Source of the DNA: Nitrospinaceae bacterium
GTDB taxonomy: Bacteria > Nitrospinota > Nitrospinia > Nitrospinales > VA-1
Assembly: GCA_029937655.1 (NCBI GenBank)
Contig: JAPYPK010000002.1
Location: 1 to 40,852, forward strand
DNA length: 40,852 nt
Reading direction: 5' to 3'
Within the stretch, counting starts at the first letter, position 1, and the number at the start of each line of letters is the position of its first letter. Below the pieces are notes generated by a model. The model made no database searches. It was not told the origin of the DNA and worked only from the letters and a program-made list of their open reading frames with translations. Position numbers and translations under genes: made by a program. Shown here one piece after another: positions 26,028-35,382 of the stretch.

Positions 26028-26582
26028 ATGGAAGAAAACAAAGATCCCCACTCACAATCTGAGAAAAAAGAACTTAATGTCGACCAATCCCCTGACGAAA
26101 AATATTACTCTTTGGATAAATCAATCGGCTCTCTATCTGCGGAAATGAAAGAGGTGAAGAAGAATCTTCAAAAATGTAAAAGAGAAAACACAACACTTAA
26201 AGTTTTATTCTATACAGGGCTGCTTGTTCTACTCGTGGGTTTTCTTTATTCAAACTCCGTTCTCCAACGCGCGCACATGAGAAGCTTGGAAAAAAATATC
26301 ATCTCACTAGAGGAACGTTTGTCTCAAGAGATTAACCAAATTAAAGTGAGCCTAGAACTAAATATCCAGGAGGAAAAGAAAGAAGTAAAACTTATTGATG
26401 GTGCCAATATTTTTACAGTTCTGAAACGAATGGACTACGCCATTTCACAATTACGCCCGAAAAAAGAACAAACCACAGCGCTCCTCAACCAAGTTCGACT
26501 AAATACCGACGAATTCACTCGACTATTAAAAAAAAATAAAGGGCCTAAAGTCCAAGTAAAGCATTTAAAAAATGAGGGTTAG
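26028..26582 (+). CDS. Hypothetical coiled-coil protein with one TM helix (184 aa)
   Basis: The ORF starts at ATG and has the TM helix LKVLFYTGLLVLLVGFLYS flanked by Lys/Glu-rich heptad-like segments. I recognise no family. Confidence 0.62.
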   Translation: MEENKDPHSQSEKKELNVDQSPDEKYYSLDKSIGSLSAEMKEVKKNLQKCKRENTTLKVLFYTGLLVLLVGFLYSNSVLQRAHMRSLEKNIISLEERLSQEINQIKVSLELNIQEEKKEVKLIDGANIFTVLKRMDYAISQLRPKKEQTTALLNQVRLNTDEFTRLLKKNKGPKVQVKHLKNEG

Positions 26583-26660
26583 GAGTGTCTAAAGAAACCT
26601 TTCAAACCATATGAATTTGGCCGTAGGCTCATTAAGTTTTTGATCGATTGTACCGATATA

Positions 26661-26690
26661 TAAGGAGTTAATTAGTAATCTCCTTATTTT
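26661..26690 (+). terminator. Terminator-like hairpin between the 184-aa gene and the TPR gene
   Basis: TAAGGAG-ttaattagtaat-CTCCTTA forms a 7-bp stem with a 12-nt loop, followed by TTTT. It ends 7 nt before the TPR ATG. Confidence 0.35.
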
Positions 26691-26696
26691 CGGGCC

Positions 26697-28514
26697 ATGG
26701 CTTCCACTCAAATATTTAAATTTTTCTATATAGTCTTATTTGCCATTTTTGCCATTTTCCCCTCCATCACCTACGCTGAAGATCCTAGCCTAAAAGTATC
26801 CCGATCCAACATTCAGCAATTAAAAAAAATTATCCAATCACGTCCTCATGATCCAAACCTACACTTTAATCTTGCTAACAACTATTGGAAGCTTGGACAA
26901 TATGAGAAATCAATCGAACACTACAATGAAACACTAAAAATCCAACCATTCGATGCTGAGGCACATACCGGAATCGGATTTGCCTACGGGAAAATAGGTC
27001 TAACTAAAGAAGCAATCCACCATTACCATGAAGCGTTAAAAATAAATCCCGATGACCCTAAAGCCCACTACCGGCTTGGATATGAATTCATAAATACAGG
27101 CGAACTAAAAAAAGCGAGGACCTACTTCGAGGGCGCCACCAACCTTGATCCTTATTTCGCATTAGCTTTTAAGGAACTCGCATATGTAACTGTAAAGCTG
27201 AAAGACACCGAAAATGCGATCAAATACTATAAGCAATCCCTTAAGCTCGATCGTAATGACGAAAACACTCATCGGGAATTACTGGAACTATATGAACAAA
27301 CCGGGAAAATTGGACAAGCGATCGGTCAATATGAAGAAATTATCCGAATTGACTCTAAAAACTTTTCCGCACGTCATGCACTTGCAAGTCTATACACAAA
27401 GGAAGGACGAGAGAAAGATGCTGTCCGCCACTACCGTATTGCTATCAAGTTTAATCCCAATGACCTGAAAGCCCATAAAGCCTTAGCTGATCTTCATACC
27501 CAGTCTGGAAAGTTGGCAAGTGCAACAAAGCATTTTAAAGAAGTAATCCGTATTAATCCAAAAGATCCTGAGACATATTCTAAGCTAGCTAGGGTCTACG
27601 ACCTGCAGGGAAACAGGTCAAAGGCAATCCATATTTACGAAAGTATTGTAAAATCTCATCCAGAAGATTTAAAAACCCACCAACGACTTGCCGTAGCCTA
27701 CGAAAAAAATCACCGCAGAATGGATGCGCTCCGTCTTTATGAAAAAATTAGTGTACTAGACCCATCAAACTCTTCTTTACATCGAAAGCTAGGGCGGTTA
27801 TACGAAAAATCAGGAAAAACAAACCAAGCTCTGAATCATTATAAAATTCTTGCACGTTTAAATCCTGAAGACACCAAAACTCATCGCAAACTTGGTGCCT
27901 TATATGCCACAAAAGATGAAACTCAAAAATCATTGCGACATTATAATGTCGTCACCAGACTGGATCCAAACGATGTAAGCGCACATCGTATTTTGGCTAA
28001 CTACTATGGGAAAAAAGGGGAGTCCTTAAAAGCAGCGCCACATTATCGTGAACTGGTCCGACTCGACCCTAACTTTGCCTTAGCTTATAATGAACTCCGG
28101 CAGGAAACTGGAAAGTTTTCTATAATTGAAAACCCTATCGGACGTTATAACAATGCTTTAAAAATTCTACCTAACGATCCAGACCTCCACTTTAAAATAG
28201 CTTTATATTTTTTTATTGTCGACGACCTTAATAAAACCCTCAAACATTTCAACAAAAGTATCCGACTGCAACCTAAGGAGGGAAAAACTCACTACTTTAC
28301 AGGACTCATCCATCACTTAATGGGAAATGGTGTTGGTGCTGTGAATCACATGAAACGAGCTGAGGAATCATTCGTAAAGAAAAAACAAGTTAAAAGTATA
28401 GCTGATGTCAGAAAACACCTTCGGGTGTACCAAAATCAGTACGGCATCTCCGGAATTAAAGGTGACGGTTCTTCTATCGCGAGGGCTACTCATCAACAGA
28501 AAAAATACAATTAA
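26697..28514 (+). CDS. Exported tetratricopeptide-repeat (TPR) protein, about 14 repeats
   Basis: The signal peptide is MASTQIFKFFYIVLFAIFAIFPSITYA-ED. After it come repeated 34-aa units of the form A..HY...I.INP.D...H..LA.LY...GK. Confidence 0.85.
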   Translation: MASTQIFKFFYIVLFAIFAIFPSITYAEDPSLKVSRSNIQQLKKIIQSRPHDPNLHFNLANNYWKLGQYEKSIEHYNETLKIQPFDAEAHTGIGFAYGKIGLTKEAIHHYHEALKINPDDPKAHYRLGYEFINTGELKKARTYFEGATNLDPYFALAFKELAYVTVKLKDTENAIKYYKQSLKLDRNDENTHRELLELYEQTGKIGQAIGQYEEIIRIDSKNFSARHALASLYTKEGREKDAVRHYRIAIKFNPNDLKAHKALADLHTQSGKLASATKHFKEVIRINPKDPETYSKLARVYDLQGNRSKAIHIYESIVKSHPEDLKTHQRLAVAYEKNHRRMDALRLYEKISVLDPSNSSLHRKLGRLYEKSGKTNQALNHYKILARLNPEDTKTHRKLGALYATKDETQKSLRHYNVVTRLDPNDVSAHRILANYYGKKGESLKAAPHYRELVRLDPNFALAYNELRQETGKFSIIENPIGRYNNALKILPNDPDLHFKIALYFFIVDDLNKTLKHFNKSIRLQPKEGKTHYFTGLIHHLMGNGVGAVNHMKRAEESFVKKKQVKSIADVRKHLRVYQNQYGISGIKGDGSSIARATHQQKKYN

Positions 28515-29433
28515 TTTCTTCTCGCTGTTCAGTATCTAGTGTCCAGCCAAGTGCTTCAATATTTTCCTCCACCTGTTGCTCGTTTTTGACACCCAAAAGC
28601 GCTGTAGTCAAGTGAGACTGCGAAACAACCCAATTAATTGCCATCTGGCCACACGTTTTACCTATTGATTTCCCCATAGCCTTAAGTCTCGCTACCTTTT
28701 CCATATTCTTGTCGAACTGAGCCCCTGAAAAACACCCTATAATCCCTTTACCCCTCCAGTCACTAAACTTCGCATTTTTATTGTACTTACCTGTAAGCAA
28801 CCCCGAAGCAAGGGGACTGTAAGCAATAATCCCGATTTTATTTTCTTTGCAGTAGGGAACCATCTCCCTTTCTATGGATCGGTTGAGCAGGCTATAATCG
28901 GGCTGTAAGGATTCAACCTTCCCTGATTTCATTATTGTTTCCATCTGTTCGACTGAATAATTACTCACTCCAATGACCTTCACCTTTCCCTGCTCTTGGA
29001 TTTCAAGCAAGGTCTCCATTGTTTCCTCTTGTGATGTTTCAATATCAGGCCAGTGAACTTGATAAAGGTCAATATAATCTGTATCTAATCGTTTCAAGCT
29101 CTGGTCGATTTCTTCTAAAATAGATCGCCGAGTTGCATTTTTAGTAATAGAACCCAATGATTTTTTTTCCCAGCGCAAACCACACTTTGTCGCATAGACT
29201 ACTTTATCGCGAAAAGGCTTCAGAGTTTTTCCAAGAAGTTCTTCAGAATGACCAAACCCATAGACTGGGGCTGTGTCAAAAAAATTGACCCCTAAATCAT
29301 AGGCTTTCATGATAGCGCGGGCGGAAACAACATCTCCCTCGTTAGACCAGAATGGAGCCCCCCCAATTCCCCAGGCACCAAATCCAATAACAGATACATT
29401 AAGGTTACTATCACCCAACATTCTATATTCCAT
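28486..29433 (-). CDS. Aldo/keto reductase
   Basis: The ORF contains GFGAWGIGG, FFDTAPVYGFGHSEELLG and LDTDYIDLYQVHWPD. The ATG at 29433 has AGGAG 9-10 nt upstream; the TTG at 29439 in the ORF track is too close to it. The 3' end overlaps the TPR gene's 3' end by 29 nt. Confidence 0.92.
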   Translation of the reverse strand: MEYRMLGDSNLNVSVIGFGAWGIGGAPFWSNEGDVVSARAIMKAYDLGVNFFDTAPVYGFGHSEELLGKTLKPFRDKVVYATKCGLRWEKKSLGSITKNATRRSILEEIDQSLKRLDTDYIDLYQVHWPDIETSQEETMETLLEIQEQGKVKVIGVSNYSVEQMETIMKSGKVESLQPDYSLLNRSIEREMVPYCKENKIGIIAYSPLASGLLTGKYNKNAKFSDWRGKGIIGCFSGAQFDKNMEKVARLKAMGKSIGKTCGQMAINWVVSQSHLTTALLGVKNEQQVEENIEALGWTLDTEQREEINCIFSVDE

Positions 29434-29551
29434 AATCAACCACTCCTGAAAAAAATTAGACCGTTCTTATCCAAGCATATTGCAAGTGACAGTCAGTTTA
29501 ATTCCCGTCACTTCAGGTTTCATCTACAATAATTTCTATCTGCATGCTAAA

Positions 29552-29580
29552 TTGACAGCTTCATCTATAAAAAATATCAT
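29552..29580 (+). promoter_or_regulatory. Candidate promoter for the ABC exporter (TTGACA-N17-TATCAT)
   Basis: The sequence reads TTGACAgcttcatctataaaaaaTATCAT and lies 55 nt upstream of the ATG at 29635. Confidence 0.5.
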
Positions 29581-29634
29581 GAAGAACACAAGTTTTATAG
29601 TTCAAAACCATACTTCTCTAATTCCCGGTTTATT

Positions 29635-31359
29635 ATGAAATCACTCCTACGTGTTCTTAGTTACCTCAAACCTTATAAAAAAGCAGTCTCGTTTACTCTC
29701 GGTTTTGCTATTTTGACAACCCTACTAGACCTTATTCCCCCTTGGATCATAAAAGTCATTATTGATGAACTAGTTGAGGGAAAGGAGACTTCCTTGATCT
29801 ACTGGATAGTGGCAGGGCTTATCGGAGTTTATTTTTTACGAAATTTTTTAAACTACCAGCGGATAATGTTCAATAATCGGGTCGAGCAAGATGTAGTTTT
29901 TGATATGCGCTCGAATGTTTATAAGGCCCTAAACCAATTATCTATAAATTTTTTTGAAAACAGATCAACCGGTGAACTTATGTCGCGGATTAATGACGAT
30001 GTCAATTATGTTGAACGAATTTTTATAGATGGTGTCGAGCAGGTCGTTACAGCTGTTTTGACGCTAACCGGAATAACCGTAATACTGTTTTACTTGCACT
30101 GGAAGCTAGCATTGGTAGCTTTGCTCCCAATACCACTTCTCATATGGGGTGCTTGTATATACACAAAAAAAGCGCACAACCTCTATCACACGGTGCGAGA
30201 GAGCGCCGCTAAAATGAACTCTCGACTGCAGGATTCCATTTCTGGTATTCGAGAAATATTTGCCTTCAACCGACAATTACATGAAATATCACGCTTCGAA
30301 AAAAAAAGCAGAGAATACTGCAACAGCAATTTAAAGGTGATGTCACTCTGGGCTATTTATTCTCCAGCAATGATGTTTCTTGGTTCACTTGGGACAGCCC
30401 TCATTTTGCTATATGGAACAGGTCTAATTCACGCCGAAGAGATAACCATAGGTTCTTTAGTCGCTTTTATCGGCTACCTAGCCTTGTTTTATACTCCCAT
30501 TAACCAGTTGCACTCAGTAAACCACATGCTACAACACGCGTTGGCTTCTGGAGAACGTGTATTTGAAATAATTGATCGTCAACCCGATGTTAAAGAGGTC
30601 CCTAATGCCATATTGCCCAGCACCAATATGCAGGGTGAAATAGAGTTCCAAGAAGTAACTTTTGGCTACACAAAAGATAAGCCCGTCATAAAAAACCTTT
30701 CACTAAAAATTCCATCAGGGAATAAAATAGCTCTCGTAGGCCACACAGGAAGTGGAAAATCCACCTTGATAAAACTTCTACTTCGATTTTATGATATAGA
30801 CTCAGGAAAAATCACAATAGATGGGCATAATGTCAAAAACCTCAAGATATCCTATCTACGCGAACAAATAGGTATGGTTTCCCAAGATCCATATTTATTC
30901 AATGGTACTGTAGCTGAAAATATTTTATACGGTAATGTGGAAGCCAACCAAGAACAAATGAGAAAAGCAGCTATAGCAGCACACGCCGATGATTTTGTTA
31001 AAGGACTTCCAATGGAATACGACACCCGGATAGGAGAACGCGGGGTAAAACTTTCCGGTGGAGAAAAACATCGTATCGCCATTGCCCGCACACTTTTAAA
31101 GGATCCACCAATCTTGATTTTAGATGAAGCTACCGCCTCAGTCGACACAGAAACAGAATTAAAAATAAAGGAGGCTCTCACTTCTTTGATGGCGAGACGA
31201 ACGACAATATTAGTAGCGCACCGACTATCAACACTAGAAGGAGCCGATAAGATTATAGTAATAAAATCTGGAAAACTAGTAGAGGCTGGAACACATGGCC
31301 AAATGATAAACGATGAAACAGAATATGCTCAACTATTTCGCAGTCAAATGCACCTATGA
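29635..31359 (+). CDS. ABC exporter, fused permease/ATPase (MsbA/MdlB-like type I exporter)
   Basis: The ORF has a six-TM N-terminal half, the Walker A motif GHTGSGKST, the signature LSGGEKHRIAIAR, the Walker B motif ILILDEATASVD and the H-loop VAHRLST. Confidence 0.93.
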   Translation: MKSLLRVLSYLKPYKKAVSFTLGFAILTTLLDLIPPWIIKVIIDELVEGKETSLIYWIVAGLIGVYFLRNFLNYQRIMFNNRVEQDVVFDMRSNVYKALNQLSINFFENRSTGELMSRINDDVNYVERIFIDGVEQVVTAVLTLTGITVILFYLHWKLALVALLPIPLLIWGACIYTKKAHNLYHTVRESAAKMNSRLQDSISGIREIFAFNRQLHEISRFEKKSREYCNSNLKVMSLWAIYSPAMMFLGSLGTALILLYGTGLIHAEEITIGSLVAFIGYLALFYTPINQLHSVNHMLQHALASGERVFEIIDRQPDVKEVPNAILPSTNMQGEIEFQEVTFGYTKDKPVIKNLSLKIPSGNKIALVGHTGSGKSTLIKLLLRFYDIDSGKITIDGHNVKNLKISYLREQIGMVSQDPYLFNGTVAENILYGNVEANQEQMRKAAIAAHADDFVKGLPMEYDTRIGERGVKLSGGEKHRIAIARTLLKDPPILILDEATASVDTETELKIKEALTSLMARRTTILVAHRLSTLEGADKIIVIKSGKLVEAGTHGQMINDETEYAQLFRSQMHL

Positions 31360-31376
31360 TTAAAAATCAATTGCAT

Positions 31377-32348
31377 TCAACTCGTAGTTTTAAATCCAAT
31401 TTCGCCATGTTTACGAAATTTTTCGTGGCGGTTTTTAATTAGGATTTCAGGCATTAGCTGAGAAACAGCCTGCAAATTTTTTCGCAGCGCTTTTTTTAGC
31501 AAAATGGCAGCACGTTTATGGTGGCGGTGTGCGCCACCTAAAGGTTCTCGAACAATCTCATCAATCACACCAAGCTCCATCAAACTAGGCGCCGTTACGC
31601 TTAAGGCATCAGCAGCCTGAGCTACCTTATTTTTATCTCCCCACAAAATGGAAGCACAACCTTCGGGTGATATTACCGAGTAAACAGAATGTTCAAGCAT
31701 CAATATTCGATCGCCCATACCTATTGCAAGGGCACCTCCTGAACCACCTTCACCAATTATTACAACGATGATTGGAACATCAAGTTCTATCATTTCTATC
31801 AAATTTCTTGCTATAGCCTCCGACTGCCCCTTTTCCTCCGCATCTATACCAGGGTAGGCGCCTGGTGTGTCAATCAAGTTGATAATCGGAAGTCTGAATT
31901 TTTGTGCCAATTTCATTAAACGCAAAGCTTTACGGTATCCCGCAGGCTGAGACATTCCGAAGTTTCGTTTGATCTTCTCCCGCGTATCCCTTCCTTTCTG
32001 ATGACCAATAATCAAAACTGAGCTGTTATCGAATTTAGCTAATCCACCAACAACCGAGGGACCATAGCCACCGCGTCTATCTCCATGAAGTTCAATAAAA
32101 TCCGTAAAAATATATTTGATATAGTCGAGAGTATAAGGTCTATCCGGATGACGAGCTACTTGAGTTTTTTGCCAGCCTTTAAGGTTTGAATAAACATCGT
32201 GCTTCATATGACGAACTTTTTTATGGAGCCTAGTTATTTCATGCGTGATGTCTCCGACACTGTCATACATATGGGAAAGCGAAACCATCTCCTGAACCTG
32301 ACTTTCCAGTTTAAATATTTCTTGTTCGAATTCCAGTATTTGAATCAT
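31377..32348 (-). CDS. accA: Acetyl-CoA carboxylase carboxyltransferase subunit alpha
   Basis: The ORF contains ARHPDRPYTLDYI, DTPGAYPGIDAEEKGQSEAIARNL and IGEGGSGGALAIG. Confidence 0.95.
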   Translation of the reverse strand: MIQILEFEQEIFKLESQVQEMVSLSHMYDSVGDITHEITRLHKKVRHMKHDVYSNLKGWQKTQVARHPDRPYTLDYIKYIFTDFIELHGDRRGGYGPSVVGGLAKFDNSSVLIIGHQKGRDTREKIKRNFGMSQPAGYRKALRLMKLAQKFRLPIINLIDTPGAYPGIDAEEKGQSEAIARNLIEMIELDVPIIVVIIGEGGSGGALAIGMGDRILMLEHSVYSVISPEGCASILWGDKNKVAQAADALSVTAPSLMELGVIDEIVREPLGGAHRHHKRAAILLKKALRKNLQAVSQLMPEILIKNRHEKFRKHGEIGFKTTS

Positions 32349-32448
32349 ATAAAACCTAAATAAAAAGAAACGTCATAGTAATACTTTTTATGAAAACCGC
32401 ATTACAAAAATCTATCATTAACCATTTAAAAAAAAGCAAACCAAAAAA

Positions 32449-33516
32449 TCAATAAAACCCAAATATCGGGTGCATTAGATTTATCAAAGTATCCGACTCT
32501 TTAAGAGCCTTTGCACCAATTTTCCCCACTCGATTTTGCCCTAATTTTAAAGATTTTAGGTTGGCTAGATAAGTTGACTTCGCGATAGCTCTAGCACCTA
32601 GATCGCCGATAAAGTTAAAGTTTAAATTGAGTTTTTTTAGTTGGCCAAAATTTTTCGAATCCGCCAACGCTTTGGCCCCAGAGTCAGTAATTCTATTACC
32701 TGAGAGATTAAGAGAAAGTAGCCCTTTAAGCTCCACGGTGTTTGCAATAGCGATGGCGGAGCGATCCGTAAGGTTACTATCACTAAGATCTAGGTCATCC
32801 AATTTTGAAATGTTAGCAAACCCGGTGAGCACCACAACCCCTAAATCCCCGTGTATCAAACCACCAATTTCATTTAAACGTTTGGAGGTTTCTAAACTAT
32901 TAATATCCTGCAAAACATTAAACTTCTCAAGCGCCTCGCTCCCTGCTCGGCTTAACTGGTTGTATTCAAGACCAATTTCTTTCAATTTTTTTAAACTAGA
33001 AGACGCTGTCAAACTCCGCGCTCCCTCATCCCCAATCTCGTTATAGTTTAAATTTATTTCTATCAAACTAGATAAAGTGTCCGATTCTGCAATCGCCTTA
33101 GCCCCTTTGTCTGTGATTTTATTTCGATACAGGTTCAAAATTCGTAGGTTTTTAAATATTTCTGACGAGGCTATCATTCTAGCACCTCGATCAGTAATAT
33201 GATTATTCTCCAAGTAAAGTGCTGTTAACCGAACTAGCTTTCTCGATCCGGCAAGGACACGAACACCTTCATCGCTAATACTTCCCTTATAAATAATTAG
33301 TGTTTCCACACTTTCCAGTAACGGGGACGTTGCTAAAAACTTTGCTCCATCATCACCTACCGATTTCTCGTTGAGCCTAAGCACACGATCGTTTCGCTTA
33401 AGCTTTAATGCAATATACTTTTCTATTTTTTCATCAGTCATGAACGCGCTTGAGTTAACAGCGAAACTGACAAAAAAAACCCCCCCCCACAAGGCTACCC
33501 ACTTAGCATAAAACAT
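32449..33516 (-). CDS. Exported leucine-rich-repeat protein, ribonuclease-inhibitor (RI/LRR_6)-type repeats
   Basis: About 10 tandem 28-aa units of the form L..L.L..N.I.D.GA.A(L/I)A.S appear, for example LNYNEIGDEGARSLTAS and LSGNRITDSGAKALADS. The ATG at 33516 gives the signal peptide MFYAKWVALWGGVFFVSFAVNSSA. The ORF-track start is a TTG at 33525. Confidence 0.8.
   Translation of the reverse strand: MFYAKWVALWGGVFFVSFAVNSSAFMTDEKIEKYIALKLKRNDRVLRLNEKSVGDDGAKFLATSPLLESVETLIIYKGSISDEGVRVLAGSRKLVRLTALYLENNHITDRGARMIASSEIFKNLRILNLYRNKITDKGAKAIAESDTLSSLIEINLNYNEIGDEGARSLTASSSLKKLKEIGLEYNQLSRAGSEALEKFNVLQDINSLETSKRLNEIGGLIHGDLGVVVLTGFANISKLDDLDLSDSNLTDRSAIAIANTVELKGLLSLNLSGNRITDSGAKALADSKNFGQLKKLNLNFNFIGDLGARAIAKSTYLANLKSLKLGQNRVGKIGAKALKESDTLINLMHPIFGFY
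33472..33488 (-). repeat. A8-C9 (minus strand G9-T8) double homopolymer in the LRR signal-peptide coding region
   Basis: The forward strand reads aaaaaaaa ccccccccc. On the coding strand this is tgg ggg ggg gtt ttt ttt, encoding WGGVFF. Confidence 0.9.
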
Positions 33517-33570
33517 AAAAACCAACTCACTGATTATTAAGCAATGGAACTGACAACCTTTAAAACAACA

Positions 33571-34599
33571 CTACTCATCAGTATTATTTTTCTCAAGATC
33601 GTTTAATCGATTTTCTAGGTCACGAACTTTACGAGATAAGTCGGGAAGCTTAGGAAAAACCGTAACGCTTCTCTTCCAGACATTCAATGGAAGAGCTGGA
33701 ATTCCCCCATAGACGCTATTACTCTTAATGTCACGCAAGGCCGCTGATTTAGCAGCCAGAGTCACATTATCGCCCACAGTAACATGGTCAGAAAGGCCAG
33801 CCTGCCCTGCTAAAACAACATGTTGTCCAAGATTACAGCTGCCAGCAATTCCTACTTGTGCAACCAAAATGCAATGCTCTCCGATCGTGCAGTTATGTGC
33901 CACTTGAACCAAATTGTCAATTTTAGTTCCTTTTTTTATCAAGGTTGTTCCCGTCGCTGCTCGGTCTACACAAGAATTAGCACCTACCTCTACGTTATCT
34001 TCAATCACAACATTTCCAATCTGATTGATTTTGACATGAGAGCCTTTTTCATCCACCGTATAACCAAAGCCGTCCGAGCCAATCACAACACCAGCATGAA
34101 GAGTAACGTGACTTCCTATCATTGAATTACGATAAAGAGTCACATTAGAATGAATAAGAGCACCATTCCCAAGTTCACAGTTATCGCCAATTACTGTTCC
34201 AGCGCAAATCACTACATCATCACCGATCCGAACATTATTGCCTACACATACCAAGGGAGCCAGTGCGATTCTCTTACCTAGTACTACATTAGTTCCGAGC
34301 ACAACTGAGGAGTGAATTCCTAGTTTTGGTTTTGGCTCAGGGTGAAAATGCTCAAGTAGTCTGGCAAATGCTAGCTCTGGGTTAGAGGAAATAACCTGGC
34401 TTATACCTACCTCTTCTTTAGCACTCACTAAGACAGCTGAAGCTTCAGACTCTTTAAGTTTGTCTATAAATTTTTTTCCCTTGGAAAACGTAATGTGCCC
34501 TTTTTTTGCAGTTTCTATAGAGCTCACGCCAGTGATCTCTATAGAAGAATCTCCTTCGACCGTTCCATTTATTTTTTTTGCGACATCACCCAAATTCAT
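33571..34599 (-). CDS. lpxD: UDP-3-O-(3-hydroxyacyl)glucosamine N-acyltransferase
   Basis: The 342-aa ORF has an N-terminal LpxD-type domain (ITGVSSIETAKKGHITF) and long left-handed beta-helix hexapeptide repeats, followed by a C-terminal helix. Confidence 0.93.
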   Translation of the reverse strand: MNLGDVAKKINGTVEGDSSIEITGVSSIETAKKGHITFSKGKKFIDKLKESEASAVLVSAKEEVGISQVISSNPELAFARLLEHFHPEPKPKLGIHSSVVLGTNVVLGKRIALAPLVCVGNNVRIGDDVVICAGTVIGDNCELGNGALIHSNVTLYRNSMIGSHVTLHAGVVIGSDGFGYTVDEKGSHVKINQIGNVVIEDNVEVGANSCVDRAATGTTLIKKGTKIDNLVQVAHNCTIGEHCILVAQVGIAGSCNLGQHVVLAGQAGLSDHVTVGDNVTLAAKSAALRDIKSNSVYGGIPALPLNVWKRSVTVFPKLPDLSRKVRDLENRLNDLEKNNTDE

Positions 34600-34656
34600 A
34601 AATTCACCTTTTAAAATTTTCCAGTTGGGTTTTTTTCTTATTCGTCAAAAAAACTT

Positions 34657-35382
34657 TCAAACAAAAGTGCTCTTTTCTACCGGATGAATTACACCGCCTA
34701 CAAGCTCAACAACACGATTCATTTTCGAAGCAATCCGTTGGCTGTGCGTTACAATCACTACTGTTTGCTGAAATTTATGATTGAGTGATTGAATCAGCTC
34801 TATTAAGGAGTCGCTTGCCTTTTGATCTAAGTTTCCGGTCGGCTCATCCGCGAGTATGAGGTCTGGCTTATTAATAAAGGATCTAGCTAAAGCCACCCGC
34901 TGGCTTTCCCCGCCAGAAAGTTCTCCGGGTTTATGGTGTAAACGGTCCTTGAGTCCAACCTGAACCAAGAGCTCTTCTGCCAGTTCGCGAGCTTCTCTTT
35001 TCTCAACCCTGCCTATCAGAGCTGGGAACATCGCATTTTCCAATGCTGTAAAATCAGACAACAAGTTGAAAAACTGGAACACAAACCCCACTCTTTGGTT
35101 GCGAAAGCTTTCTAGATATTCGCTTCCTTTAGAACAAATATTATCTCCACGGAATAAAACCTGTCCTTTTTCTGGATAGTCCAATCCACCAAGAACATGC
35201 AGTAAAGTACTTTTTCCAACCCCTGAGGCACCTATAATGCCTAACATTTCTCCGGCTTTCAATTTAAGGCTGGCCCCCGACAACACATGGAGCAATTGAC
35301 TAGAAATCCTATAACTCTTGTGCAAATTCGTGGCTTCAAGCAAGTGTGGAGTAATAATTTCTGTAGAATTTAAATTACTCAT
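34657..35382 (-). CDS. lolD: Lipoprotein-releasing system ATP-binding protein
   Basis: The ORF has the Walker A motif GASGVGKST, LSGGESQRVALAR and ILADEPTGNLD. The ATG at 35382 overlaps the stop of the upstream permease gene by 8 nt. The TTG at 35400 and the ATG at 35394 are alternative starts. Confidence 0.9.
   Translation of the reverse strand: MSNLNSTEIITPHLLEATNLHKSYRISSQLLHVLSGASLKLKAGEMLGIIGASGVGKSTLLHVLGGLDYPEKGQVLFRGDNICSKGSEYLESFRNQRVGFVFQFFNLLSDFTALENAMFPALIGRVEKREARELAEELLVQVGLKDRLHHKPGELSGGESQRVALARSFINKPDLILADEPTGNLDQKASDSLIELIQSLNHKFQQTVVIVTHSQRIASKMNRVVELVGGVIHPVEKSTFV

Noticed and set aside
29497-29628. The direct repeat taattcccg (about 29498 and about 29619) and the GTGAC..GTCAC inverted repeat in the AKR/ABC divergent region.
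   Set aside because: These are 9-nt and 5-bp matches only, within chance expectation for a 195-bp spacer. There is not enough evidence to call an operator.
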